Notes under the pieces: generated by a model
What the model saw: only the letters and a program-made list of their open reading frames with translations
Database searches by the model: none
What the model was told of the DNA's origin: nothing
Shown: positions 9,997 to 19,360 of the stretch, in pieces
How positions within the stretch are numbered: position 1 is the first letter of the stretch
Layout: every line of letters starts with the position of its first letter
Assembly (NCBI GenBank): GCA_965214925.1
Contig: OZ244028.1
Coordinates: 3,863,009 to 3,927,008, forward strand
DNA length: 64,000 bases
DNA from: Candidatus Latescibacterota bacterium
GTDB taxonomy: Bacteria > Latescibacterota > UBA2968
Direction: 5' to 3'
Program-made: the position numbers and the translations under genes

Positions 9997-11022
9997 ATGA
10001 GACCTTATTCGCGCATCTCATTATTGATCACCGCTGCATTAATAGCTCTGGGGGCATCCCGCGATATGAAAACGAAATACCACCCCGGTCATTATGTGGC
10101 GATACAAGCCTCTGAAAACGTGCAAGATATTCGGCATCTCGATGAAAAAGCTCTGCGCGGCGTGATCAAAAGATATACGTGGAAGCGGTTGGAGCCCGAG
10201 CGGGATAGGTATAACTTCTCGTCTATCGAGCGCGACCTCGACTTTCTCGCAGGGCACAACAAGCAACTCATCGCGTTCATCATCGACAAATCCTTCGGCC
10301 CATACCCGGTTTTGCCAGCGTATCTGGCGAATTACAAATTGCAAAGCGAAGGAGGCGGGATTTGCGCCATGCGATGGGACCCGTTCGTGATTGACCGCAT
10401 GATCGCATTGGGCCACGCGCTCGGCGAGGCGTTTGACGTGCATCCCAATTTTGAGGGCGTCGCCATTCAAGAATCCTCGCTCGGTATTCCGATAGATGTT
10501 TGTATCAAAAACGGCTATACGTCCGAAAAATACAAAACCGCGCTGCTCGACATTTTGATCGGTTTGAAGGGAAATATGAAGCGCAGTCAGGTGTTCTGGT
10601 ACATGAACTTTCTGCCACAAAATCAAGGGGATCTCCGCGAGATAGCCCAGGCCATTGTCCCATACCAAATCGCCATGGGCGGCCCCGATATTTTGCCCCA
10701 TCGCAAATACATGGCGCGGGTTTCCTATCCGCTCTACAAAGCCTTTAAGGACAAAATCCCGCTCTTTTGCTCGGCTCAGAACGACTCGTATAAGCACCAC
10801 AAAAACGACACGAACAACCAAACAAAAAATCGAGTCCAAGTTCACGCAGAAGGGTATCTTTCTATGGAAAAAATTTTCACCTTTGCCCGAGACGACCTGC
10901 ATGTAGATTACGTGTTTTGGCAGCACAAGTACGAGAAAACCAATCCAGCAGAGCGCGATTTCGACGATGCAATCGAAGTGATCCGCAAATATCCGACATT
11001 TAATGCGACTACAAAAAAATAG
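9997..11022 (+). CDS. Secreted hypothetical protein (possible glycan-active TIM-barrel-like enzyme)
   Basis: N-terminal signal peptide MRPYSRISLLITAALIALGASRD. Low-GC gene lying between the R-M cassette and the sulfatases. The antisense 396-aa ORF on the minus strand looks non-protein-like. Confidence 0.5.
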   Translation: MRPYSRISLLITAALIALGASRDMKTKYHPGHYVAIQASENVQDIRHLDEKALRGVIKRYTWKRLEPERDRYNFSSIERDLDFLAGHNKQLIAFIIDKSFGPYPVLPAYLANYKLQSEGGGICAMRWDPFVIDRMIALGHALGEAFDVHPNFEGVAIQESSLGIPIDVCIKNGYTSEKYKTALLDILIGLKGNMKRSQVFWYMNFLPQNQGDLREIAQAIVPYQIAMGGPDILPHRKYMARVSYPLYKAFKDKIPLFCSAQNDSYKHHKNDTNNQTKNRVQVHAEGYLSMEKIFTFARDDLHVDYVFWQHKYEKTNPAERDFDDAIEVIRKYPTFNATTKK

Positions 11023-11394
11023 GGTCGCGAACAGGAGAACGCCATGAACAGTGTTGCTTCTGTCAATTTGAGCGAAGTTCGCAAACAGGACTTGAATCAC
11101 GCCTCGCACCCCATTATGCAACACGAGGGCAGGGGTGAAGACGACCTGTTTGTGATTGTGTCGGCAGACGGGGATGGGCAAAGACAGCCGTGGGCAATTT
11201 TTATTTGGAAACTGGAACGCGTAAAACATCTTTCGCGCGGGTTGTCAACTTCACCTGGGGCATTTATATTAGGCGTAGAGCAAAGTGCTCGCGTTTTTTC
11301 CTCAGGCTGATGTCAGTCGGGCAATGTGAGAAGACTTTGTAACACGTCAATCAAATTTCCAGTGGAGAAAACAAATTCTGGAGGGATACGCTAC

Positions 11395-12792
11395 ATGAGC
11401 AAACCGAATATTCTGATGATTGTGACCGATCAGCAGCGGTGGGACGCGCTCAGTTGTGTGAGCGATTGGTTGGAAACGCCCCACATGGATCGCATTGCAG
11501 CAGAAGGCGTGCGATTTTCAAACTGCGTGAGCAACTCGCCGGTGTGCGTGCCCACGCGGCTGAGTCTGGCAACCGGGCATTATCCGCACAATACGGGGGT
11601 GTGGGACAATCAGAATCACACGCTATCGCCCGACTGCCCAACATGGATGAAGGCCGTGCGCCATGCGGGGTATCGCACGAGCCTGTTTGGCAAAACGCAT
11701 TTACACCCGCACGGGGGCGATTTAAGGGATCGCGAGCATCTGATGAACGCGTATGGATTTGATGATGTCGATGAAATCGGCGGGCCGAGGGCGAGTGCGA
11801 GATGTCTGTCGTATATGACCGCGATGTGGGAAAAAAAAGGGTTGTGGAAAGCGTATCGGGAAGATTATGCCGAACGCTTTGGCAACAAGCCATGGGTTGT
11901 GCGTCCATCAACATTGCCCCTAGAAGATTATGCAGATGTGTATGTGGGGCAGCAAGCAAAAAAATATTTGGCGGGATATGACCGCGATCAGCCCTGGTTC
12001 TGCTGCGTGAGTTTTGGCGGCCCCCACGAGCCATGGGACACGCCAGAACCGTATTACAGCCGATACTCGCCCGAAGATATGCCCGATCCGGTTGCCGCGC
12101 CGGGCGATGATCGCCAGCGGGCACGGGGTTTGTTGGGCGCCAAACAAAGCGTGCCGTTTGAACCCGGGGAAGAGAAATTGCTGCGCGCAAATTACGCGGG
12201 CAATATGGCGTTGATCGATGATCAAATTGGTGAAGTTTTCGATGTGATCGAAACGCGCGGCGAAATGGAGAATACGGTCGTTGTTTTGATGTCGGATCAC
12301 GGCGAGATGAATGGCGATTATGGCTTTATTTATAAGAGCAATTTCTTAAATGGCGCGGTGCGGGTGCCCTTGCTGATTCGCACGCCCGAGACCGCGAGTA
12401 GCGATGTGCGCGGGTCTGTATGTGACAGTCCCATTGAGTGGTTTGACGTCGGCCCCACGCTGGTCGAACTCGCGGGCGGCGAACTCGATTTCAAACAGTT
12501 TGCCAAATCGGCCTGTCCCGTGCTCAAAGACCCCGCGCAAGAGCATCGCACGGAAGCACTCTCGGAGTATCGAGGTGAAATCATGTTGTTGAATCGCGAC
12601 TGGAAAATCGCGCTGAATCGCCAAGCGCAACCCTATTTGCTGTTCAACGTGGCAGAAGACCCGCGCGAGGTGAACAATCTCGCGGGGTTGCCCGAGATGG
12701 CTCAGGTCGAAACCCAACTGCGCCTGCAAATTCTCGAGCGCGTGGCGTCGTCTCAGGTCTTGTCGGGCGCGCATTTTGCCTTGGGAACTTGA
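11395..12792 (+). CDS. Sulfatase (formylglycine-dependent; CxPxR type)
   Basis: ILMIVTDQQRWDAL and the sulfatase signature SPVCVPTRLSLATG (C-V-P-T-R). RBS GGAGGG precedes ATG 11395. The track ORF begins earlier at 11326. Confidence 0.85.
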   Translation: MSKPNILMIVTDQQRWDALSCVSDWLETPHMDRIAAEGVRFSNCVSNSPVCVPTRLSLATGHYPHNTGVWDNQNHTLSPDCPTWMKAVRHAGYRTSLFGKTHLHPHGGDLRDREHLMNAYGFDDVDEIGGPRASARCLSYMTAMWEKKGLWKAYREDYAERFGNKPWVVRPSTLPLEDYADVYVGQQAKKYLAGYDRDQPWFCCVSFGGPHEPWDTPEPYYSRYSPEDMPDPVAAPGDDRQRARGLLGAKQSVPFEPGEEKLLRANYAGNMALIDDQIGEVFDVIETRGEMENTVVVLMSDHGEMNGDYGFIYKSNFLNGAVRVPLLIRTPETASSDVRGSVCDSPIEWFDVGPTLVELAGGELDFKQFAKSACPVLKDPAQEHRTEALSEYRGEIMLLNRDWKIALNRQAQPYLLFNVAEDPREVNNLAGLPEMAQVETQLRLQILERVASSQVLSGAHFALGT

Positions 12793-12801
12793 GGAGGCAG
12801 G

Positions 12802-14295
12802 ATGTTTGAAGACAAACCCCACATTATTTTGGTGATGACCGATCAGCAGCGGTTTGATACCATCCGCGCTTGGGGATATGAGCACATGGTGACGCCGACG
12901 CTGGACCGGCTGGCGAGAGAGAGTGTCTCGTTTCGCCAGGCATACTGCCCTGGGGCAACGTGTGTGGCGTCGCGCGCGGCAATTTTTACGGGCATGTACC
13001 CGCACACAACGGGCGTCTATAGCTTTGATCACTGGGCGAACCATCGCAACTGGGTGCAGGACTTATCAGACGCGGGCTACTATTGCGCGAATATCGGCAA
13101 AATGCACTTTAGCCCGCGCGATATCCCCGGTGGATTTCACGAGCGCGTCATTGTGGAAAATCCCACCAATAAGGCACTGGCCAATGGCGGATCCGATGAC
13201 GATTGGGGCAAGTACATGACGTTTCACCGCGTGACGCGGCCCAATGATCGAAACAAAACAGACCCCGAATGGCTCGGCAAATGTCAGGGCGTTGTGTGGC
13301 ACGAAGAGGAGCGGTTTCACAGCGATGTGTTTATCGGCAATGCGGCGTTGAACTGGATTCGCAATCACCGAGGCGATAAACCGCTGTTTCTCCAGATCGG
13401 ATTTACGGGGCCTCATGAACCGTGGGATCCCTTGCCGCGACATTTGGATCTGTATCGCGGTCGCGCGATGCCCCCATGTGTGACGCGGGAGGGCGAATTG
13501 GCGGAAAAACCGCCCCAACACCTGTCGCATCTCGATATGCACGCGACAACAGATCACGAGTCGCAAATCGATTTGCGCGGGCGCACAGACGATGAACTCG
13601 CGGAAATGAAGCGACATTATTACGGCAATATTTCGACGGTCGATGAAAAACTCGGCGAAATTTTGGATGCCCTGGAAGAACGGGGTTGGTTGGCGAACAG
13701 TATGTTGATTTTTTGTTCAGATCACGGTGAATTGCTCGGCGACCACGGGTTGGCGTATAAGTGGTTGATGTACGATCCGATTGTGCATATCCCCCTGATG
13801 ATTCGCACGCCCAAGTCCGTGCATCAGCCCTGCGAAACACGCGATCTCGTATCGCTCATAGATCTGGGGCCGACCATTCTAAACGCCGCGGGCATCGCTG
13901 TTCCCACCTATCTGGAGGGCCGATCCCTCATGCCGTATTTGAATGGCGAAGATCCCGCGCCGCGCAAATGCGTTTTCTGCGAGGATAACTATCAGATCAT
14001 GATGCGGTGCAAGACCCACAAAATGGTGTATTACATCGGGCAAGCAGAGGGCGAGTTGTACGACTTAAACGCAGACCCCGGAGAATTGTGGAATGTTTGG
14101 GACACGCCCGAATACGCCGAGGTGAAAAGCGGTCTGCTCGCGGATTTGCTGGCCTGGATGGCGACGAGCAATTACTACAACGCGGGATACAAACGCCAGC
14201 GCAGCAAACAGTATCTCATGCGATGGCCCACGCCAAACAATGCGTACTTGCACGGACGCAAAGGACAGCCCAAACCCCGCATGGTCGATTTATAG
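12802..14295 (+). CDS. Sulfatase (formylglycine-dependent; CxAxR variant)
   Basis: IILVMTDQQRFDT and TCVASRAAIFTG (C-V-A-S-R). RBS GAGGAGG lies 5 nt upstream. It is arranged in tandem with the preceding sulfatase. Confidence 0.85.
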   Translation: MFEDKPHIILVMTDQQRFDTIRAWGYEHMVTPTLDRLARESVSFRQAYCPGATCVASRAAIFTGMYPHTTGVYSFDHWANHRNWVQDLSDAGYYCANIGKMHFSPRDIPGGFHERVIVENPTNKALANGGSDDDWGKYMTFHRVTRPNDRNKTDPEWLGKCQGVVWHEEERFHSDVFIGNAALNWIRNHRGDKPLFLQIGFTGPHEPWDPLPRHLDLYRGRAMPPCVTREGELAEKPPQHLSHLDMHATTDHESQIDLRGRTDDELAEMKRHYYGNISTVDEKLGEILDALEERGWLANSMLIFCSDHGELLGDHGLAYKWLMYDPIVHIPLMIRTPKSVHQPCETRDLVSLIDLGPTILNAAGIAVPTYLEGRSLMPYLNGEDPAPRKCVFCEDNYQIMMRCKTHKMVYYIGQAEGELYDLNADPGELWNVWDTPEYAEVKSGLLADLLAWMATSNYYNAGYKRQRSKQYLMRWPTPNNAYLHGRKGQPKPRMVDL

Positions 14296-14422
14296 AGGAT
14301 AACGATCATGACATGGTCGGAAGTGATTGCAGAAAAAAATTTGCAAGACCTATAAAGGGGCAAAATATCAAAGTCTGTCCTGTTTCCAAACTTTCCCAGA
14401 TCAATTAACATACCCTTTGTGA

Positions 14423-15304
14423 ATGAGCCAGCGCATCCAACAAGAAAAGAGACCAGAGAAAGCACCGCCAGAGAAGGCACAGATGCACGCACGCGTTTGG
14501 GGCCATATCATGTCCATGCGGTTCTTCAACACGGCAGGTACCATCATCTTTTGGGTGGGATTCAGGTTCGCGGGGCACCGGGAATTTAGCAAAGGCAGGA
14601 TCGAATTGTGGCAACCTTATAACAAAGTTGCAGATGGGCTGATTTCGCATGATACGGTAACTGCCGTGAGTGCCGCCGGCATTATGCCCTACTACCTTTC
14701 CGGACTGACCGTCATTGACTTGCACGGGCTGAATGACAAGACCATTACCCGTAACCCGGTCACGCTTCCAAATAATCAGCGGCGAATCGCCCATGACCGC
14801 ACCCCCCCGCCCGGCTACCTGGAAAAACGGGGCGTCAACTTTATACCCTATCCGGCGGCCACCAGCGCGGCAGAGGCTCATCGCATCGCGCCCTATGCCG
14901 TTCCTGTCGGCCCTAATCTGAGGCTCCCTTTCGATACCAACAACCCGCAGTGGGCCGAGGAAAGCTTTGCGACGTTTTCCCACATCGAGCGATGGCGGAT
15001 AGATACAGTGCCAGCCGTTATCGTCAGTACAGGAACTCCGGTGGTCGGCGAGCGGTTCACCGTCAGGCTATCCGACGCAACGCGCCGTGCCGGCTTTATC
15101 CAAAGGGCACAGTGGCAATGGGAGCGGGGGAGCGACGCCGAGGGCTGGCGTTTGGCAATTGACGGCTGTGGCGCATCCTACCAATACGTTCCATCCGCGG
15201 ACGAAGTCGGTCTCCGCCTCCGTGCCTACACCTACTACACCGACGCCGAGGGCAACCGGATCAAGGCTATTACCCCGGCCTCGGCACCCGTAGCGGCAAA
15301 ATGA
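14423..15304 (+). CDS. Hypothetical protein; possibly a C-terminal gene fragment
   Basis: 293-aa ORF with no recognisable motif and an odd Pro/Lys-rich N-terminus. An alternative minus-strand ORF (14405..14983) competes with it. It lies in a junk-like region between the sulfatases and the orphan MTase. Confidence 0.3.
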   Translation: MSQRIQQEKRPEKAPPEKAQMHARVWGHIMSMRFFNTAGTIIFWVGFRFAGHREFSKGRIELWQPYNKVADGLISHDTVTAVSAAGIMPYYLSGLTVIDLHGLNDKTITRNPVTLPNNQRRIAHDRTPPPGYLEKRGVNFIPYPAATSAAEAHRIAPYAVPVGPNLRLPFDTNNPQWAEESFATFSHIERWRIDTVPAVIVSTGTPVVGERFTVRLSDATRRAGFIQRAQWQWERGSDAEGWRLAIDGCGASYQYVPSADEVGLRLRAYTYYTDAEGNRIKAITPASAPVAAK

Positions 15305-15379
15305 ATGACCGGGCCGCCGGTCATTACCTGAGCGCGAAGGGAAATACAAAAATCTGGCAGAGTTCAGGAGATGGAGACA

Positions 15380-16300
15380 TCATCCCTGAAAAGAGAGGGC
15401 GAATTGCTCCTGAAAGGCGGGGGACAGACTGGCTTTTTCATTCTCTGCGACACAATCGGGTGACATCACCAGTGCTTCTTCCATCGCGTTGCGGAGCGAT
15501 TCTTGGGCACCGACGTGATAGAAATGCGCGGTTGTCGCTGTGGGATAATTAGAGAAATGCTTTGTCAGGTGTTCATTTGTGCGATATTTGTTTTGCTTCC
15601 AAGTGGAGTAAGCAAAACGCGCTGTTAAGTTTTTGACTTCTCGCGCCAACCCGTCGGCATCCTCGCCGCGCCACGAGTTGTAATAATCCGTATGTCTGTC
15701 GTTGTACGGCGGGTCGAGATAGACGAAATCTGAATCTTCAATTTGGCTTAGCGTCTCGCGCCAATCCTGAACAATGAAGTGCCAATCCTTCCCCTTGATT
15801 CTCTCCACTGCCCAAGCGACTTGATTGCATATTTTGGTGATATAAGCACGCGCAAATCTTTCGGGCTTCCTACAGAACGGAACATTGAATTTGCCCTGTG
15901 CGTTGAATCGCATCATGCCGTTAAAACACGCCCGGTTCAACAAGAGAAAGTCAAAGGGTGAATGCTGTGCATTAAAACGCTCGCGCACTTTATAGTAGTG
16001 CGCTTGGCCTCTTTCACTGAGCGCACGGCCTTCTCGCTGCAAGAAGCAGCGCAAATCATAGGGATTCATGTCGCCGGTTTGTATCGCGCGGTAAAAGCGG
16101 ATGATGTGTTCATTCGCATCTGCGAGCAAGGCGCGCTCTGGATTGACATTGAGAACCACAACGCCCGAGCCCAAGAAGGGTTCAACCCATCGCCCGCGTC
16201 CATCCCATTTCACATTGTGCCTAATAAATGGCACGAGCTTTGTTTTAATGCCCTGAATTTTGAGGGGTGGTGCCTTTACATGGTTTGCATTCTTATTCAT
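15380..16300 (-). CDS. Dam-family (D12-class) N6-adenine DNA methyltransferase, solitary
   Basis: PLKIQGIKTKLVPFI is KWAGGK-like, EPFLGSGVV is motif I, and FVYLDPPYN is motif IV DPPY. I place the start at internal Met (MNKNANHV...). The track's TTG-initiated N-terminal extension is Arg/Pro-rich and unlikely to be coding. No cognate nuclease is adjacent. Confidence 0.75.
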   Translation of the reverse strand: MNKNANHVKAPPLKIQGIKTKLVPFIRHNVKWDGRGRWVEPFLGSGVVVLNVNPERALLADANEHIIRFYRAIQTGDMNPYDLRCFLQREGRALSERGQAHYYKVRERFNAQHSPFDFLLLNRACFNGMMRFNAQGKFNVPFCRKPERFARAYITKICNQVAWAVERIKGKDWHFIVQDWRETLSQIEDSDFVYLDPPYNDRHTDYYNSWRGEDADGLAREVKNLTARFAYSTWKQNKYRTNEHLTKHFSNYPTATTAHFYHVGAQESLRNAMEEALVMSPDCVAENEKASLSPAFQEQFALSFQG

Positions 16301-16529
16301 CTTTATCCCCTGAGATTTTGAAAAAACTCGGCGAATTGCGTCACGCGGGAGGGTATGAAACCATCGCGCAAGGTTTGGAACACGCCATTGACCATCATCT
16401 TTTGGAGTTGCGCTGTCAAAGAGCAAAAAAATGAAAAAAAACTACAAGAAAAAGGGTTGACAGAGGATGAAATTCTCAAAGACTTTGAAATATTTCGCGA
16501 GCAATTGAGGCAAGGGGATGCAGCGACTT
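16283..16529 (+). pseudogene. Ribbon-helix-helix (CopG/VapB-like) antitoxin, apparently frameshifted in an A-run
   Basis: One frame gives SLSPEILKKLGELRHAGGYETIAQGLEHAIDHHLLEL, the RHH signature. The adjacent frame gives KLQEKGLTEDEILKDFEIFREQLRQGDAAT, and its stop overlaps the PIN gene start. The track shows no intact 60-aa ORF here. Confidence 0.35.
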
Positions 16530-16940
16530 GAGCTTGTTGTTGATGCAAACCCATTGATTTCCGCGCTCATGGGCAGGCAAGCATTAAAATTGTTGTTCAG
16601 TCCATTATTTTTTTTATAACAGAACGCACAACATGGAAAGTCAAAAGATATATCCCAGAGATTGCACAGCGTCTTGAAATCGCAGAAATTGAAATCCCAG
16701 ATACATTTAAAGACTTTCCATTAATCGCTTACCAATCAAATCTCTATAGCCCTGCTCTTAGTCGCGCAACAAATACAATTGGGCTTCGCGATCCAAAAGA
16801 TATAGACATTCTCGCTCTCGCATATCATCTGAGAACACCATTGTGGCCCCATGATCTCGATCTAATAGAAATAGAAGATATTCAAACTGTTACCACGCGA
16901 GATTTGCTAACAGTCATAGGCTACATAGAACAAAACAAAG
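16518..16940 (+). pseudogene. PIN-domain (VapC-like) toxin gene, disrupted near a T8 homopolymer
   Basis: N-terminus MQRLELVVDANPLISALMGRQALKLL is a PIN signature. After a frame change, DIDILALAYHLRTPLWPHDLDL gives the C-terminal PIN acidic motif. ATG 16518 overlaps the antitoxin stop (ATGcagcgacTTGA). Confidence 0.4.
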
Positions 16941-16941
16941 A

Positions 16942-16979
16942 AGCCCTCCTGTTTTCGCAGGAGGGCTTTTGTGTTTGTG
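16942..16979. terminator. Bidirectional rho-independent terminator
   Basis: AGCCCTCCTG-ttttcg-CAGGAGGGCT followed by TTTTGTGTTTGTG. On the minus strand it is followed by TTCTTTGTTTTGTTC. It lies between convergent genes. Confidence 0.6.
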
Positions 16980-17000
16980 ATTGCCGCGTGAGCGTGCCGT

Positions 17001-18197
17001 TTAGACAGAAGCGGTTTGGCGCGCGTCTTCAATTTCCGCATCGAGATTGCCCGACAGGTCGTTGTTGCTGAAGTGAACGCGCGCTGCTTTTTCGCCAATG
17101 TGAACGCCAATGCGTTGGGTTGTCGTCTCGCTGTTGCCAATGCGATTGTTTGTGAACGTGAGATCGTGCGTTTCCCCCAAGATACGCACGCCATACCCCT
17201 CCTGTTCATTGCCATTGTCAAGAATCTGATTGTTCTCAAACGCGTTTCGATGCCCGCCCATGGGTTCGGATTCATCGCGAAAGAGGATGCCTTCACAGCC
17301 ATTGCGCAAAGATCGGTTGTTTGAAAACATATTGTCGGTGTCTTTGTGACCGATGGAGATGCCCGTGTTGCCATTGCCGATGAGATCGTTGTTTTCAAAA
17401 ATTCCGTGTTTTACGCGCCAGCACAGGAACAGACCGATGCGACCATTATTTTCTGAGCGACAGTTGCGAATGGTGGGGTGTTGACTGCCACTGCCCGGGT
17501 GCAAGCCCAGGTGGGTATTGCCCCTACAGGTACAGTTTTCGACCATGACGTGCTGGCTCTGCTGGAAACTGATGCCGTCGCCGTGGTAATTTTTGACCAC
17601 ACAGTTTTGCAAAGCAGTGCGGTGCCCCCGATAGAGAAAAATGCCCGCGCCTCGGCACCCATTGAGGTACGGATTGTTTTCGCCATTGCCATCTACAACC
17701 AGATTTTCGACTCGAGCATTTTCGATGTGATATCCGCTGATGACCGGAAACGCGGTCGCCGCACGCGCATTGCGAGAAATGAGATAATCACTCCCCATGG
17801 GCACATTGACCCCAAAGGTACTGTCCCGTTGCCAGAGAAGTGTGCCAACGGCTGTGTGAAATCCGCCCGCGCGATCATCCGTGATGCTCACGCCATAGCC
17901 AACCTTAAATCCGTCGGGGTTTTCAAGGGTGATCTGTTCTTCCCCAAAATCTCCGTCGAGATGAAGTAGGCATTCCACGCCATCTGCCTTCCGCAATACG
18001 GTATTTTCGCCCTGCCCCCTGACTGTGATGTTGCTGCGAAGATGCAGCGCGTCGCGCATGATGTACGTGCCGGACAGGATTGTAACAGTGCCGCCACCGA
18101 GTGGAGAAATATAATCAACCGCAGCTTGCAAAGCGCGATGGTCATTGCCGATGATGTCGGCGTCCCGTTGCCCAACCGTGATGTGTAAGCCAGTCAT
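17001..18197 (-). CDS. Right-handed parallel beta-helix repeat protein (pectate-lyase-fold / NosD-like)
   Basis: Many short N-x-(I/V/L)-x-x-N repeats (NNDLIGNGNTGISIG, FENNQILDNGNE, FTNNRIGNSE, FSNNDLSGN) typical of beta-helix proteins. Confidence 0.7.
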   Translation of the reverse strand: MTGLHITVGQRDADIIGNDHRALQAAVDYISPLGGGTVTILSGTYIMRDALHLRSNITVRGQGENTVLRKADGVECLLHLDGDFGEEQITLENPDGFKVGYGVSITDDRAGGFHTAVGTLLWQRDSTFGVNVPMGSDYLISRNARAATAFPVISGYHIENARVENLVVDGNGENNPYLNGCRGAGIFLYRGHRTALQNCVVKNYHGDGISFQQSQHVMVENCTCRGNTHLGLHPGSGSQHPTIRNCRSENNGRIGLFLCWRVKHGIFENNDLIGNGNTGISIGHKDTDNMFSNNRSLRNGCEGILFRDESEPMGGHRNAFENNQILDNGNEQEGYGVRILGETHDLTFTNNRIGNSETTTQRIGVHIGEKAARVHFSNNDLSGNLDAEIEDARQTASV

Positions 18198-18212
18198 GAA
18201 AGTCTCTCCAAA

Positions 18213-19256
18213 TTACGCAATGTGGATTTCCCGTCGCGTCTCACCGCTTTTGAGAAGGGCTTCCATCATCTGCTGCACCTGAAACCCGTGGCGCAGGGGG
18301 GCTTCGCAGGGCGTGCCATCGAGGATGCAGTCAATAAAGTGAGCGGCAATGCGATCCCATGACTGGGTCCGGCGCGGCATGTCGACGGCGATGTCGTGTG
18401 GGGCACCATCCTGTGTTTTGAAAAGTTTGAGCGGGCGGAACTGCGCACCGGCCTCGTCGCCAAAGAGTTCGATCTGGAGTTCATTGGGCTGGTGCGACGC
18501 CCAGAAACTCTCGACCTGGAGACCCGCGCCATTTTCAAAGCGAATAAAGCCCCCGGCATAGTCGTCAGCAGCGTATTGTTCCCATGTGCTTTGCGGCACG
18601 TCCCGAAAGCCCCAATAGCCCCGCCCGCGCGGGCCAAATTTTGCACCGCATACACCGGTGACCGTGACGGGTTTGGGCATGCCGAGCAAGTACCACACAG
18701 CGTCGAGAACGTGGACGCCCATATCGCGAAATGCACCGCCCCCTTTTTGGATGAATCCGAGGTTCCATGCGGGAATGCCGCTTCGCCGCACACTGCGCGC
18801 GCGCGCGTAGTAAAGGTCGCCAAAATAGCCTTTGCGCGCGAGGTCCGCAAGGTACTGGCAATTGTCGGAAAATCGCGTGGAAAGCGACATCATGTTGACC
18901 ACGCCAGATGCTTCCGCGGCTTCCACGAGTTGTTTTGCCGCGTCCTCGGAATCCGCCAAGGGTTTGGTGACTAGCACATGCTTGTCGTTGCGAACGGCTT
19001 CGAGCGCAATGGGCACGTGCCACTGGTTGGGCGTGCCGACAAAAACCGCGTCGATGTCCGCGTCTTTGCACATTGCTTTGTAATCGGTGTAGAACTTCTG
19101 TTCGCCGGGCAAGTCGCGGGCAAATTCTTCCATTCTGTCCGGCAAGAGATCGCACAAAGCAACGACTTCGCCTCGCGCATTTCCAGCAAGCGCGCGACCA
19201 TTGGGTTTTCCAATGCCCATACCCACGACGCACACGCGAACTCTGTTGTCTGACAT
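18213..19256 (-). CDS. Gfo/Idh/MocA family oxidoreductase
   Basis: N-terminal Rossmann VRVCVVGMGIGK plus C-terminal Gfo/Idh/MocA domain. Start chosen at MSDNRVRV, with AGGAG 7 nt upstream. Confidence 0.85.
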   Translation of the reverse strand: MSDNRVRVCVVGMGIGKPNGRALAGNARGEVVALCDLLPDRMEEFARDLPGEQKFYTDYKAMCKDADIDAVFVGTPNQWHVPIALEAVRNDKHVLVTKPLADSEDAAKQLVEAAEASGVVNMMSLSTRFSDNCQYLADLARKGYFGDLYYARARSVRRSGIPAWNLGFIQKGGGAFRDMGVHVLDAVWYLLGMPKPVTVTGVCGAKFGPRGRGYWGFRDVPQSTWEQYAADDYAGGFIRFENGAGLQVESFWASHQPNELQIELFGDEAGAQFRPLKLFKTQDGAPHDIAVDMPRRTQSWDRIAAHFIDCILDGTPCEAPLRHGFQVQQMMEALLKSGETRREIHIA

Positions 19257-19360
19257 GGTGTACTCCTGTTGTTGAATTGACTTGACGATAAAAACGCGCG
19301 CCCTATCATGCATAAAATCAGGAGAATGACCAACAGAATTTTGCAGAAAGGACGGGCGTT

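Noticed and set aside
10039-11229. 396-aa minus-strand ORF overlapping the secreted-protein gene
   Set aside because: Translation lacks protein-like composition and the plus-strand ORF has a clean signal peptide, so it is taken as antisense shadow. The 88-aa plus ORF at 11044..11310 is likewise unsupported.
11450-13044. Minus-strand ORFs (246 aa, 232 aa) within the sulfatase genes
   Set aside because: Antisense of strongly motif-supported sulfatase genes.
15962-16321. 119-aa plus-strand ORF
   Set aside because: Lies entirely antisense to the Dam-family MTase.
16250-16330. Apparent single-base differences between the printed sequence and ORF-track translations in T- and A-runs, which would imply a frameshift in the Dam MTase
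   Set aside because: The ORF track shows a continuous ORF and the two discrepancies compensate. I treat my base-level reading of homopolymers as unreliable and make no frameshift claim for this gene.
18266-19233. Two long minus-strand alternative-frame ORFs (194 aa, 222 aa) in the Gfo/Idh/MocA gene
   Set aside because: Arg/Ala-rich GC-shadow frames. The annotated frame has Rossmann and family motifs.
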